A program made the translations under genes and the position numbers. DNA of 64,000 bases, taken from Lingula anatina. Its lineage: Eukaryota > Animalia > Brachiopoda. The notes under the pieces are model-generated. The model worked only from the letters and a program-made list of their open reading frames with translations, ran no database searches and was not told where the DNA came from. The stretch covers positions 4,712,001 to 4,776,000 of the forward strand of contig CM120646.1 of the NCBI GenBank assembly GCA_051362555.1. The letters are read 5' to 3'. This document shows, one piece after another, positions 41,301 through 54,607 of this stretch. Each line of letters begins with the position of its first letter. Position 1 is the stretch's first letter.

Positions 41301-44300
41301 TTATCAATCATATGGACTTTTCTTATTTACTTTGGAGCAAAAACAGAGCTTCGTTGTGCTTGTTAACATTTGGCTACATAAAACAATTTCCGAAACTGTA
41401 CAAACTACACACCTGCAAAACGTACAGGTATACATGTAGATCTGAAGTTTAGTTAATCACTTGAATAATGTTATAACGATTCACAAAAGGTCAAAAGTTT
41501 TTAACTTCACATTCCTGCCAGTCAGGAAGTACAGCCCAGCAAACACCGTTTTGCAAACGTTGCCACAGAGCTATACGTCATCCAAAACGTTATGGTAACG
41601 TGATAGTAACGTTCTGTGTTTACTGACGTACAGACATATTGATGTGTTGCAGCTACTGATGCCATATAAGATCATATTGCTTTATACAATTGTTTAGTAA
41701 GCAGAGTTTTGTAGAAGGAGAAAGAGTCCCTGAAAATATCCAACATTACCAGGACAACGCGCCAACTAACACTAGCCCAGTTGCAATAGAATCTGGTTGC
41801 AAGTGTGGCTTTGAGCACCCCCTGTTCCCGCAGACCAGCATACAGCGACTTTAACCTATCTCATAGGCTGACAAAATACTTCCAGCTCTAAAGATTTGAG
41901 GATGAGCGTGACATTAGGGGTCCAAGCTGCTGGGTTCTTATGATCTGGCCAACTAGATGAAACAAGTACGTGGTGCTGCTTCAAGGGGATTTTGTTAGAA
42001 TAAAAAACAGAGTGAATCTAAATACTTTATTATTAAAGTTTGAGGCTCGATACATTTTAACAACCCCTTGTAATTAAATGGCCAAAAGCCACAATTCGCT
42101 CTACAATTCATGAAGAATCACAAGTATAAAACGTACATCAGTTGAATAATGCCCTAAAAGGAGAAACCTCTATAAAATCACTATCTCAAATAAAAATACA
42201 CCATATTTAAGCCCTACAGGTTAGTCCAACCTCATTATAAAACTGGAACTGAGCATTTATACTCGCATTTAAAGGATATGTGCACCGCAATATCATTTTA
42301 GCGATTCACAACGGTACGAAATGTATAGGCATGTGTTACAATCGCATGTATGCTTGACCAAACTTACGTGTTAACTCAACAGTGATTGGCTTATTGGGTA
42401 CCTCATTCCACTACGTCATTTCCAACCATGTTGTTCTAAGAGCTGCCATTTTGGTAGATTACTTAAGTAAGGCATGATCAAAATATTTATCGCATACGTC
42501 AAGCAGGAAGCATGAACCATCAAACAGCTATATATATACAAGTAGCGGTGAGTACCCGGAAGATACCAGTGATATTGTAACGGCAATCTTTAACATTTAT
42601 TCATTGCAATGTATAATATATAAGGTACATGTATGTAGGACTACATGTACGTGTCCTGGCTGTCATTGACTCTACTAAAGGAATCGTGTCACCCTAAAAG
42701 TCAAACATATTTGTATTCAACGCGTTTATGGTAGTTTAACCAGGTTAATATTTGAATTATTTGGAATGCCTGTAAACTTCACAGTAGTCCTTATTTCCGA
42801 AACTCTCCAACCAGTCTCATTTAAGAAGATGAAAAATGACATCAATATAAAAAACATTTCACTGTCTACCTGTATAAATTATGAAAGTGTCATAGAAGTA
42901 AAGTATATTTCAAAACTTCTACAATCACAAACAAAGGGACCCATTACTTAAATCACACTTTTAATCAATATACATATATAAATATAACACATTTTATGGT
43001 AAATGGTCATTTATATTATGTGCACCAAAGAAACGGAATGGCAACCTAATGAAATAAGAATTCCTAATGACTAAGAAATGCAAAGTAACTGATAAAGTAT
43101 ATTTGGTAGTAATTGATAAGTAATCATATTAAAACCTCCCATCTTCCAGATTATACTTGCGTATCATTTGGAACTGTAAGGTTAATTATTTTAGAGTTTT
43201 AAAACAGAAATCGTAAATGTTAGCTCTTGAAATGCAAGGCACATTCAGATGTTAATGGAATGAGCCATATAAGAATAAACAATAATAATAATAGTAAAAC
43301 TAATAGTAATAATTTATAAAATTACCAAAACAATCAAAATAATAATCATTAGTACTAGTATTGAGCTCTGTGCGTTTTTGTATAACTTCATTAATATTTT
43401 CCGTGTCCTGAACTTTATACTTTATTTAACCTCCTTTCTCAATGTACCTTTCATCATAACAAAAAATTAATTTTTTTAACATTTGAGATTATTCTCTACC
43501 AATTATACCATGAGAAGTTAAAACACAAACAATACGACCTGGTAGGAGAACGAATAGTTTTGACTATTTCTATTACACTATGACTATATATTGTAAGTTT
43601 TGGTGACCTTAAAAGTTAGTTTTAGAAGTTAATAAAGGAAATATGTTCAGCTATTTTGTGGTGAATAAACATATCTATTAGATTTTTTAAAGTTCTTGAT
43701 GGGTTAGGTATGGGACTACAGAAATATGCATGTGCAATATTAAACTTCTGGATATCTTTACAAAGTACTTTGAGGCTTAATTGCAGTATATATGCTACGC
43801 CCAATGTATGATTCCCGTATCTGATAGTGTTACTTCTTTTTAGTCCAGTTTAATTGCCTGCGTTATTATTTCAAGTACTTATGAAACAAAAACACCATTA
43901 AATTCATCATATTCATTTTTTATTTGTTTATCTTTGATCGATAAGTGGTCTTTCCTGTACTGTTGCAACTCATTCCTTTTTGTAGCATGGCACATAGTTG
44001 TAAGCCTACTATTATATAATTATACATGAGTAGTCACTTGGTTTAAATTTAGTATAAGACAATATTAGTATGATGTTTGTGCTACTATATATATTAATTA
44101 TCTGAAAGAAATAAATACCTGATTTCACAGCTCCAGACTGCTGATTCAGTGAAGCACATCTGAAGGTAAATTGATGTGCTAAAAAGCATTTGCTAGAAAG
44201 CATGCTTGAATATTCAAACACAGTGACCCAATAAAGACTCATTGCTTTGCACCTTTTAAATAGCAAACAGCTACACACTTATCCGCGCGCTGCTTAGCAA

Positions 44301-44897
44301 TTAGGTCGCTTACTGTTTACCGGGCCAATGTTTTATTTGAATAACAGGCTTGTTGTGAAACGGTACCTCCAAAAAAATTCAAAACTTTAGTTCGCTACTT
44401 TGGCATTGCAATATACATGTACACTTTCCATAACAAATGGCTGTATGAAAAACAGTTATTCCAGTTTTTTAACTTAAGTTGTTTTCCTTTGCGTCTCTTA
44501 AATTTAACAGTGGTAGCCTGTGGCTATAACGAGGGTATATTTATGGGTCAAAATAAGTTGCTCATATGTTTGCCCAAAGAACAAGCTGAAGCGTTACACG
44601 TACAAGCTTAGTACTCTGGTCATGCAGGCGTAGTAAATAGTCTCCATGACTGAGGATCTGTTTTGTTTACTTATCAATTGATTAAATTCCGAACTTGGTA
44701 AGCGCACCACTGTACTCGCACAGGGATACAACTACTAGTACCAATATTACGTTTAAATATTTTCAAGAAATCTGAAATTTACAAAACTTATAAGTGACAC
44801 AATACAATACTAGAAATTAGAAAAAAATACTGTACATGAATCAAGTGGTCGTTTTCTTTACTAGCAATATAAGTATAAGGATCCGACCTGTGGCATA

Positions 44898-45015
44898 GAT
44901 AGATAGATAGATGACATAGATTTGCTAGAAAGCATGGTAAAATTATAGATAGATAGATAGAGAGAGAGAGAGATAGATAGGCAGATAGAGAGATAGATAG
45001 ATAGATAGATAGATA
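44898..45015. repeat. (GATA)n/(GA)n microsatellite
   Basis: Seen directly. Other microsatellites lie at 13534-13568 (TG), 21613-21690 (TG/GA), 27023-27065 (GA) and 35311-35392 (CT/TG). Confidence 0.9.
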
Positions 45016-45834
45016 GCCTGCACCCAGCCTATATTCCCAACTAACCCACATTCCCGGCAGTACCACTGACCCTCACTTTCCATGGATCTAAGGCTTCCAG
45101 TTATATATCATATATGGTTAGGACATATATAAAACAATATGTTATAAATAATTAGTTTTAACTTTCTAGTGCGAATTTTATACGTTTTATTCTAAGTATT
45201 GTAACAGATGCCACTGTGACCCAGGACCTTGCTTAATTTCTTTTTATCGGCTACACGATTGTGACAACACATTCAACGTTTATTTCAATTCATCCTTTAG
45301 GAGATAGAATTCAGGTTGTGCTGTGATAGATTCTTACTTCTAGCGTTTTATGAGAATTATTATACTTAATAATAAATGGTATTTATCCTTCTATTTGCAC
45401 TATGTGATTGTATTTCACTTCATTAATGCATTCTCGACTTTTTTAATAGCGTGTTCATCTAATACTAGGGGATAGCGTGCACACGTGGGTATTCGGTCTT
45501 TTCCATATCCAAATTTGTACACAATTTGATTATTCCTTTCCCCTCAAAGCGCCTATCTTTGCAACAAAAAATTTCACTATATATATTCAAAAAAGAATAG
45601 AGAAAACAGAAATGCCAGGACGGGATTTTTTGACAATGGCGACAGCCTTGTAAAAAGTAGGCCAGCCTTATTTTGTTTGCATGTGGTAAAAAAGATTCAC
45701 ATTCAACCTATTGTTGGCTGTAAATATAAAGTTAATAAAACAATTCCCGCTTACACCAGTGACATTGCTTGATATGTTTTAAAGTTGTGTTATTTGCCCA
45801 TGATATTAGTCTCCCACTCGTAAGCTGCATGTAT

Positions 45835-46108
45835 TCCCGCAAGTATACTCCAGCGCAGTAGACTACTGCAATCATACTGCAAACATGCTTCAAATCTGCT
45901 TCGATTTGGGAGCTAATTAGCATATTTGAAACATGCTTCTATCATGCTGCTAATCTACTGCATTAATGCTCCTCTCTGTACAAACCTATGTAATTTTTGG
46001 AGTAGAATTGCAGTAGGCTATGCTGCATTTCTACTGCAAATATGCTCCACACCACTTCTGCGTTAATGCTTTTTTGCTACTTCGATACTACTGCATTTTC
46101 GTGCGGGA
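45835..46108. mobile_element. MITE, same family as 2556-2840
   Basis: tcccgca...tgcggga termini; internal sequence nearly identical to 2575-2840. Confidence 0.8.
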
Positions 46109-46752
46109 ATTCTTGTAACCTTTCTACAATATGTACCTTGTATTGTCAGAGTCCCGAGCAAAACAAAACTGTCGCTTGGTTTGTCTAATTTGATGTTGCA
46201 AACAAAAAAGTAATCGAACTCACCGTCTTAGATAAAGATACATTCTATGATAGCGCCAAAATACAGAAAAATGTGCGAAATGCCTACCTGTATGTTCAGG
46301 TGAGACCTAAAGCGCCATTCCGTTACCACAATCTGTTAAGTTCCCTTGACATGTAAATGTATATCAACAGACCCTGAGAGCTTTAAGGTGACTGCGCAAA
46401 GTAAATATCAGGAATAAGTAGGTAGATCATACGGGTCAATGCGCCAAATTGATTGGGCGCGCTTTATTAATCTGTTAAACCATAGGAAAGCTCTTGAATA
46501 GTACAAGCAATTAATATGCCCCGCTTGTCTGTCGGATTGATATGCTCGGAAAATATTATGTTCTGCAGTGGGCTTATTGCAGGGGGCTTATTGCTTTACA
46601 TTATGATGATTACATTATCCATTAAAAAGTGCGTGTGCTTATACATGAATTACTACCGGTACTTATAAGATGTTTGATAGTATGAATATTAATACAAAAA
46701 AGCAGTTGAATCATATTTTTGTCACTAATGCCGGCTTTTTTTTTTTTTACAG

Positions 46753-49700
46753 ATTTTTTTAGGAACAATTTTTTTCGCATCGGCAACAAGTTTTTCATGC
46801 AGCGAGGATTTCCATGCTTATAACCCGAATACTGGAAGGTAAGACCCCATTCCCATAGATTTTAGATCGATCTATCCCTGTGGGGAGTCTCACTAGATTG
46901 CTCTCAGCTTAGCCAGCTTAAGCGTCTGTTCCGCCTACTAAAAGCTGTAAGGGGGTTATTAACTATAGTGCGCGCTCGGCTGACTGCAATTTAGCGTGAC
47001 CCCCCCCCCCCCCCAGGGAGTTAGGTCGATCTTAATCTAAATCGATATAAATCTCTGGGAATGCACCCTCAGACATGACTCTCTCCCTAGTAGTCGAACA
47101 ACTAGGACTCTCGTCAGTCTTATAATACAAAATAAATAATCTCAAACACTGGGCCTACCTACGTTAAACACACAATGGTTGCCTATTTATGAGATCATAT
47201 CTGTAAAGTTGACGATAACAAAACCACGGATGTGCAAAAGAAAGTGAAATCCGCTTAACATTAAAATTGGAATACTCTCGTTACAGTGTCTTCTCCAACA
47301 ACATGCAGATGTATGCAAATAACCTGTCGCTTTTCTTTAAACTTTAACCAGGGTCTTTAAATGGGCATGCTGCGTTTTGACGATGTATCCACTCGTACAT
47401 GTGTGTATGGCCTTTTTCCGTTTTTGTTACAGATGTGAACGCTGCGATTTCTGTTGTGTTGTGGAAAACGCTACTTTACCCTTCACAGGCGAAAAGGAAT
47501 GTAGCCATCTCAGTCAAGAGGGATTACCATCCGGATGTTTTGACCCAGGATTTCCTACTATGTGTCTATATAAAAGTTACTCAGATTTTAAAGCGGCGAA
47601 TGCTTCCACAACGGCAGGTAAATTTCATACCCGGTGTGACAGGAATGGTAGTCCGGATTTCCATATGCACAGTACAGGTTGGGGTTATATAAGCCTTGAT
47701 TACATTTAAGATGCGCTGCCCTTTTGGTGTCCGTATACTGTCCGTAATTCTATTTTCGTACGGCGTCTAAGCGGAGGTAGACGGTGGCGAAATCGCACAG
47801 AATCGTACGGATTCAAGGCCTCCACAGTATCTGGCAAATTTTCGAAATCGTAAGCCCGTCGACAGTAACAATATCGAGATGGCATTCCGCAATCCACGCA
47901 CAGGCAAAGCGCAGGCATTTGCACGGGTATTGTTCGGTGGGCTTGCGGATATCGAGTAACAACGCAAGGCGACCCTGCGATATGGTGTGATACGGAGCTG
48001 TCAGAATTGATAAGTCTTGATTACATTTGCCACGATGCAAGATTTGCACGATGAAGTGAAAATCGTAAGTAGCTAAGGGCTACGTGCGGGAGCCGTGCCA
48101 TTTCGCCAACATTACCTCGAGGCCATCTGGGGAAAATCGTACAGTGTATTTCGTTTGAAAACTAATCGTCAGGAGCCCTTTTAATCTCAGTGCAGTTGCC
48201 AAACGCCTTGTGTGTGGCTTCATTGAAGATTGACACGCTGTCGGTGCATCCCCCTACGATTTTTTTCAATCTTATGTTCAGATTAAGAAAAACTACAAAT
48301 TCACATTTCTGCAAATGATTTACACCAAAGAGTTGTACAACTCTTTGATTACACTAATATTTAAACACCTTAAACATCCTTATGTCGCTTATGCCTCCTA
48401 AACTACCAAATAAGGAAGGGACAGAGACCAACAACAGGTTCAACCATTATCACTATCGCCGCAAGTCCACCGAACAATGGCCGTGCGGGAACTGCGCAAT
48501 GCCATCTACGAAACTGTTACGGCCTGTGGGCTTACGAATTAAAAAGTTTGTTAAAAGTTTCAGCATGACAGAATCGTAGAGGCTACGGAGGCCGTGAATC
48601 CGTACGGACAACCATATACGAGTTCATCGCACGGCACTCGTGGTAAATGTAATCTAGGCTTTCGTGGGAGTATTGGGGATAGTATGTCACCTGTACAAAG
48701 TAATGGGGAACAGATTACGGTTCCTGTCGGACTACAGTTCCTGTCTGTCACAGTGGCATACCGCACGATGGGACCCAGTGGCTACCACCTTGCTGCGATG
48801 TTATAATTTAGAGATTTGTGATAGCAATATCATGTGCTTTCTGGGTACTTTCAGAAATAGACTGAGAACCTATTTTAATGCAGTCGACCAAGAAACCAAA
48901 ATAATATAGACGTAGACTTCTTAAATTCATACAGCAGACCATTAATGAGAAATAACCACTGGTGCACCTTAACAAATTCACAATGTTAAATGTTACATTA
49001 CTATTAATCTATTGCAGTTTTTGAGAAAGATCAAGGAACCAGCGCACCGCCAGGAATGAACCCAAGTTCTTCCGATGATAGTGCAGATACCGCGTATCGA
49101 ATGGCGATAATTGCTGTAGTAGCCTGGGTAGCTCTGTCAATGGTGTTATCTGGCTTGTGTCTTTTCTATAAGAAAGGTAATGCGAAGTCGGTTTGTCACT
49201 ATTTGAAATCCAAAAACTGTTATAACTGCACTATCATATCATTCTGTAACTGTATTTGCTGTGTATCCATTTTGAAGAATTTATTTTAAAATGTTCACAT
49301 GAATTTTGAAGTCGCACTTTAACATAAAGCTGTTACTGCAAAATCGAAGTTTTCTCTCTTCCAGAATTTCTGGTCGTGTTAATTACTTCAAAGATCCATT
49401 TGGTATATAAATAATATCCTTATCCAATGGCTACATTCACTGTAGCCTGCCAATGTCCTTAGCTGATCCCATAAACTGAAGTGTCTGATGTCGATATTTA
49501 TTTTATTGAATGATTTCGATCGACGTGATTTACGGGTCATTTGTAACTAAATTATGTTGTAATTAAACTTACCTACGCCAAACAGGTAAAGTTATCACTT
49601 CCATTTGTCTGTTTGTCTTTAGACCAACGCAGGAAGGTATGTATGCATTTTGATGCTATTTTTGGCATAGGTCGGAAATGGGCTGTTTTAAAAGTGATGA

Positions 49701-51435
49701 GAAGAAGGTGGCGATCAATGTCTTATTCAGTGGTTTGCCTGTTTTTCTTGTATTTGTGCCTGTCTGTAAGACTGGGTTCCTATGCCTAGATCGATCCATC
49801 TGGATCAGTCTATCTCCTTGGGGAGTCTCACTAAATTGCTATCAACGTACCGGCTTAAATGTCGGTCATCAGCCAGGAGGTGAAGACAATTACCCCCTAA
49901 CAGCTTTACTAGGCGTGACAGACATTTAAGCCAATTAAATTGATAGCAATTTCGTGAGACTCCCCAGGGAGATGGATCGATCCAAATATATGTAGGAATG
50001 GTACCTAAGGAACATTTCGCAAACCGTCTGATACGTTTTTTTTTATAAAAGCCAGAAATGGTCTTTTTTGGGTGGTAATTACGTGCTATGTTAATTTTCA
50101 ATTTCTTATTTTTATAACCAACCTTTTGTTTTTTTCATAATAAATTAATACACTTAATAATTAGTAATTTATTAGTAAGTTATTAGTAAATGAAATAAGT
50201 ATTGAGTTATTGAGTAATTGAATAAGTTACTAATTAAATGAAAATGCAGAATCAGAATTGAGTTGCTTTGGCGGGGATTTGAGCTATCTGAGTGGTTTTC
50301 AAGTAAGAGATGGTATGAGCCTAGAAACATTGCTTTTAGTGTAGTACGAACAAGGAAAAATGTTTTTTTCTACTTGGAATAACCCATGTGGGAATCAATA
50401 AGTAAGACTTGAGGCATTTTGTGTTAATGTATCTATATATTTCAGGTATATTTACATGTAGTTTCGTGAGGGATAAATACCCCACACAAGAGACTGTCAC
50501 CGGTCAAAACCCGGGAACCATAGAAGACGGACACACGGATAATCTTCTCTCTGGCCATGGAACGGGTACGTATAATATCCATGATATCTAGTGTAGTGAA
50601 GAAGAAATATATATACCCAGTGACGGATTTGGGGGGGGGGGGAATTGGGGGGTCCTACCCCCACCTTCGATTTCTGACAAAAATCACACCAATGGTCCCC
50701 TCTCGATATTACAATTTTGACTAGCTGAATCATAGATCTAAACCGTACAAATGGAACCATTCGCCCTCTAAAATACCCAAAATTTTCGGTTTCCTTCAGC
50801 GGGCCCCGTACCCCACGCCAAGGGTGTGGGGGGGGGGGTCGGCTTCGCATCCGCGGACAACCCCCACTTCAAATAATCCTGGATCCGCCCCTGTATACCC
50901 TCACCAAAAAAAAGGACCCTACTTGTTTACTTTAACATTTTCGAATACTACGACTAGCATTTTTCGGGTTTAAAATTAGGTTATCGCAAAAAGACAGATT
51001 CCTTGGTTTAGGTTACAAGCGTGTACTTCGTAATTCACGTCTGATCCTATGGAATCAGAGTCGCTCAAATCTTAGGATTTCCCTTAAGTAAAAGATTTTC
51101 TCAAAATTATGTCTACATTGATTGTTTGTAAACTTTGTTGTATTCTACATTCTGATTCAATAAACCCCTTATTATTTTTAGAACCGACCGAGAAATCTGA
51201 TGAAGAGACTGAATTAACCGACATAAGGTACGCATTGGATGTTAATTTAGGTTGCTTTTTGATAGCGGCATGAAAAGTTTCAGCCAAACTACTTGTCATA
51301 TTTTAAGTTAAAGTCTTAACAGAGCTAACAATAACATTTTATGATATGTTTAAGACACTGGAATGATGATAGATTCTGTATTGCAAAGCATATATACTAG
51401 TTTTTCATCTTTCTTCCAGATGTACGACGAATTGA
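46753..51435 (+). CDS. TNF-receptor-superfamily-like single-pass membrane protein (first coding exon unresolved)
   Basis: Phase-compatible GT-AG exons: 46753-46838 (IFLGTIFFASATSFSCSEDFHAYNPNTGR), 47433-47617 (CERCDFCCVVENATLPFTGEKECSHLSQEGLPSGCFDPGFPTMCLYKSYSDFKAANASTTA), 49018-49176 (TM MAIIAVVAWVALSMVLSGLCLFY then KK), 50446-50565 (GIFTCSFVRDKYPTQETVTG...), 51182-51227 and 51420-51435 (stop). No in-frame stops. Confidence 0.7.
46842..47069. mobile_element. PIF/Harbinger-type MITE in the receptor gene intron
   Basis: TIR accccattcccatagattt / aaatctctgggaatgcaccc; a related copy lies at ~49768-50007. Confidence 0.65.
47692..48660. mobile_element. Non-autonomous Harbinger-like DNA element in the receptor gene intron
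   Basis: TIR agccttgattacattt / aaatgtaatctaggct; GC-richer interior with repeated aaatcgta/tacg motifs, which explains the short spurious ORFs here. Confidence 0.7.
49569..50304. mobile_element. HINE-like element (reverse orientation relative to 20939) with a nested MITE at ~49768-50007
   Basis: ttacctacgccaa...tgtctgtttgtc at the left and ttggcggggatttgagctatctgagtg at the right are reverse-complement matches to the ends of the 20939-21432 element. Confidence 0.55.
50618..50893. mobile_element. MITE with CAG(T/G)G(A/G)CGGAT TIRs
   Basis: cagtgacggat...atccgcccctg, flanked by tatacc on both sides. Confidence 0.75.
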
Positions 51436-54010
51436 TTGACGCAATTGAGAACTGAGGACGCAGTTGAGAACATATGCACATAATATTTGCCAAATTAAAA
51501 GATGTGACGTGTATTACATAGTTTATTTAAAAGGATAACAACCGTTCGTAAGAAATCCATATTTCACAATAAATACATCGTAAATAACTTATAGAAATAC
51601 AATAAATTCTATTTTACTTGCCATTTTTGCTTACCATCACATCAGGTGGCCTCCACAGATGTCTTTACTTTGTAAATTCTCTTAAGAGATTATTACAAAA
51701 AACAAACTTTTTAGAAAGAAAAAATTAGGGACTTATTTTGAATGTAGGAATGGATTTATTTATCATTGATAAGAATGGGAATTTTTACTTTACCCCATGA
51801 AAATTAATTTTTGGCCAAAATGAACAGTTGTTATCCCTTTAATGTTCCCTGTATTAGAATGATTGTATTAGAATGAGCTTTTATCATGGAATTTCTAAGC
51901 GAATCTATTTTCACCTTATTCGTATACAGGGAATTGTATTTTACACATGACACATGACATAGCAGATGTCTTGATGATTCTCTATCTGGTTATTTTGCCC
52001 GTTCATGTTTACCTGTGTGGTCGGCTAAGTCGAGACCTTATCGGCAAGCGTGACGGTGGTTGACTCAATCTTGTTACATAGTTGTAATAAGGACGCCAAA
52101 ACCAACAATTAATCCAGGGCAATTAACTTTTGGTCGAAATTTTAAAAAAAGAACATGTGAGTAAGGCACGTGTCTTATAGAGTTATTTAACCATCATACA
52201 GTAAGCTTAATTGGCAGAAATTTTAATTAAGTAATACTTCCCAACAAAGCTTGGGGTCCTGGACCTAATTTGACAGAAAACTGCAAGTACATGTATCCAC
52301 CTTTCGACCGCAACTTGAATTGTTTCTAACGCTCACAAAAGAATGAGGTGGTGTCCCTCATATTGTATTTGTCTGTATTCCTGCAAAGAAGTGCTACACC
52401 AAGAGAATTGTCAACCTTCAATTTAACCAGATATTGAATATTATAAAATGGGAGAGCCACAAGAGATCATTCTGATTCGTCAAATTTATTCTTGTTAACT
52501 GGCTTTCACCAGTCAGCATCACCCGTAAGAACACTTTAACAGGAAAAAATAATGTCATCAAACAGAATGTAAACACAGAAGGCGTAGAGTCGATTTGTTT
52601 AATTGAGGCAGGTCTGCCAATGTTAAGATTCCGTGCCATACCCTTCACCCGGGCCGCAAATTCCGTGGACATTTTTGCACAGGCGAGTTCAGAGAGTACC
52701 ATCTATTTAACCAGAGGCATATATGTTAATATTTAGGGGAAAATGAATCTACAGTGTATGGCTATGGTAGAGGGTTTAATTAGAGAAGATGAAGGGGTTA
52801 TAGATGACCCTTGACTTTGACTTTGTCTTTGCGGGATATCAGTGCAAACAGAGAAGCGCGGTCTGCTTGACTGCCCTGTGACTAAACAATTAAGAGATAA
52901 GCATGAACCCACTATTAATAGTGTATATGAAATGTGTGAAAGACCCGTGGAGATTGTGGTAGATTTTGTGAACAAAGCGTATCCTCAGTATCTAATAATT
53001 AAGCTATCAGCAGCACTGTGTAATAGGCTCTGTGTACTTGTGTGCTTTTAAATTGTGCATTTCTTGTTGCTGTTTATGTTGCTACACCTACAAGGAAATC
53101 AACTACGACTACTGCTGTATATATTATTGCTTTACATTAATCAACATACTGAATTCGGGAAAAGGAAGTATGTATACTTTCCTGACCCTTACTTCTCCTT
53201 AACAATCTGGGAAATTAAAGAGTCCTTGACCCACGTTAAGCGTGGGACTTTTAAGTTCCCATCCCTTCAAGAACTCATTTCTAGGTCTGGCTCGATTTAA
53301 AACGGACAGGTGTCGGGCCTCTTAAAGAAGTAATATAGTACTTTTGCAAAATTAATTTATGGCAAATTCCCCTCAAAATAAGTATTCTATTTGTCTTTCG
53401 ATAGGTTCAACAAGTAGTTAAAGCAACTTGTGTTTAAAATCTTACACTTGTCTCTTTAAGGGTAAAGCATAAAAGGACAATGAGTTTCAATATGAGATGT
53501 TTTGGAAAGAGAAAAGATTTTAAATGAAGAAACTGCAACTTATATTTAAATATGCGTTATTAATGGAATAATAACATAATGTTTCAGTTCGCACTTGAAT
53601 TATTTCCTTTGTTGTAACCTTCCAATAACTACAGAAGTGTCAACGTTAATCATCCATTACTATTCGAATTAAAAAAAATGTTATGCATTTGATTGGCTGG
53701 TTGACTTGCGCCTTTACTTGATGAACAACTTTTTTATGTGTTTTTACTGTGTATGATATGAAAATATACCTATAACTTTGTGACTGAAGAAATTGCAGTG
53801 CTTTGAAGAATAAAAAAAATCACAAACGTGAAATAAAGTTTCTTTCTTTGCGTTATTCATGACCGTTATTCATGACCTGCATCAAATGGTTGGCACTTAT
53901 TAGAGAACGAGACAAAAAGATACGAAATCATGTGGTCATCATTATGGTTTGTATTGAAAAAATATGGACATAGAAGTATGGCTACTGTGTCTCAGTCATG
54001 ATACTCACAT

Positions 54011-54562
54011 TGTAAAATACCACTTTGGGTATTTTATGATTGATATAAATAATTAATTAAAATAATATTCATATCCTAAGATAAGCTTAGCAGGGGGCAG
54101 TCAATAGACATTCGGGAATGATCGTGACCGGGGCACATGGCACGAGATAAAATTTAGAAATGCCTTTGAAGGCTAGGGCGGATAATGGTGATCCAGGAAA
54201 CACGGTGACTGAGTTGGGGCAAAGCCTGAGACAAAAGGACTGCGCTCAGTCAAGTGTTATTTCTTCCTGGTTATTAAAATTCCTGAATGATCTATAAAGG
54301 CTGCCCTGCTTTAAGGTGAAATCATATCGTATTTTGGCTCTGGCGATATCATTATACATTTTGGACTGACAGTTACTATGTAGAAGAAACCTCTGTATAT
54401 TTTCCAAAAGACAGTATTAAATTTCCACTTGCATCAAATGAGAATCTTGTTCGTTTTACTGGATCAGCTGGGCGCACAACACTAAGGCCCAAGAACCGGC
54501 GCGTTATCTAACGTGACATTATTCTCTCGTAAAGTCTAACCGACGAAGATTGAGACTTAACA
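54011..54562 (+). repeat. 5' LTR
   Basis: Direct repeat of 57334-57885; TATAAA at ~54293. Confidence 0.95.
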
Positions 54563-54607
54563 ATTGGCGAGCTCTTTTCAGGACTTAATTTTTAGCGATC
54601 TAACAAA

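Noticed and set aside
41700-41990. Exon-like patch (EGERVPENIQHY... on +; LKSLYAGLREQG... on -)
   Set aside because: Plausible on both strands, with no partner exons or family recognised.
46150-46630. Candidate first exons for the receptor gene (46247-46299; MFCSGLIAGGLLLYIMM at ~46558)
   Set aside because: The donor phases do not match the downstream exon without assuming an indel, so the start is left unresolved.
47706-48909. Cluster of overlapping 65-80 aa ORFs
   Set aside because: They fall mostly inside a GC-richer TIR element in an intron and show no recognisable domains.
49623-49636. 14-nt micro-exon candidate (and a 38-nt candidate at 49365-49402) in the receptor gene
   Set aside because: Together they are 52 nt and break the frame; the 14-nt one lies inside a HINE-like repeat; the TM exon splices in phase directly to 50446.
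52418-53300. ORFs of 69-94 aa upstream of the LTR element
   Set aside because: No recognisable similarity, and they lie outside the LTR/TSD boundaries.
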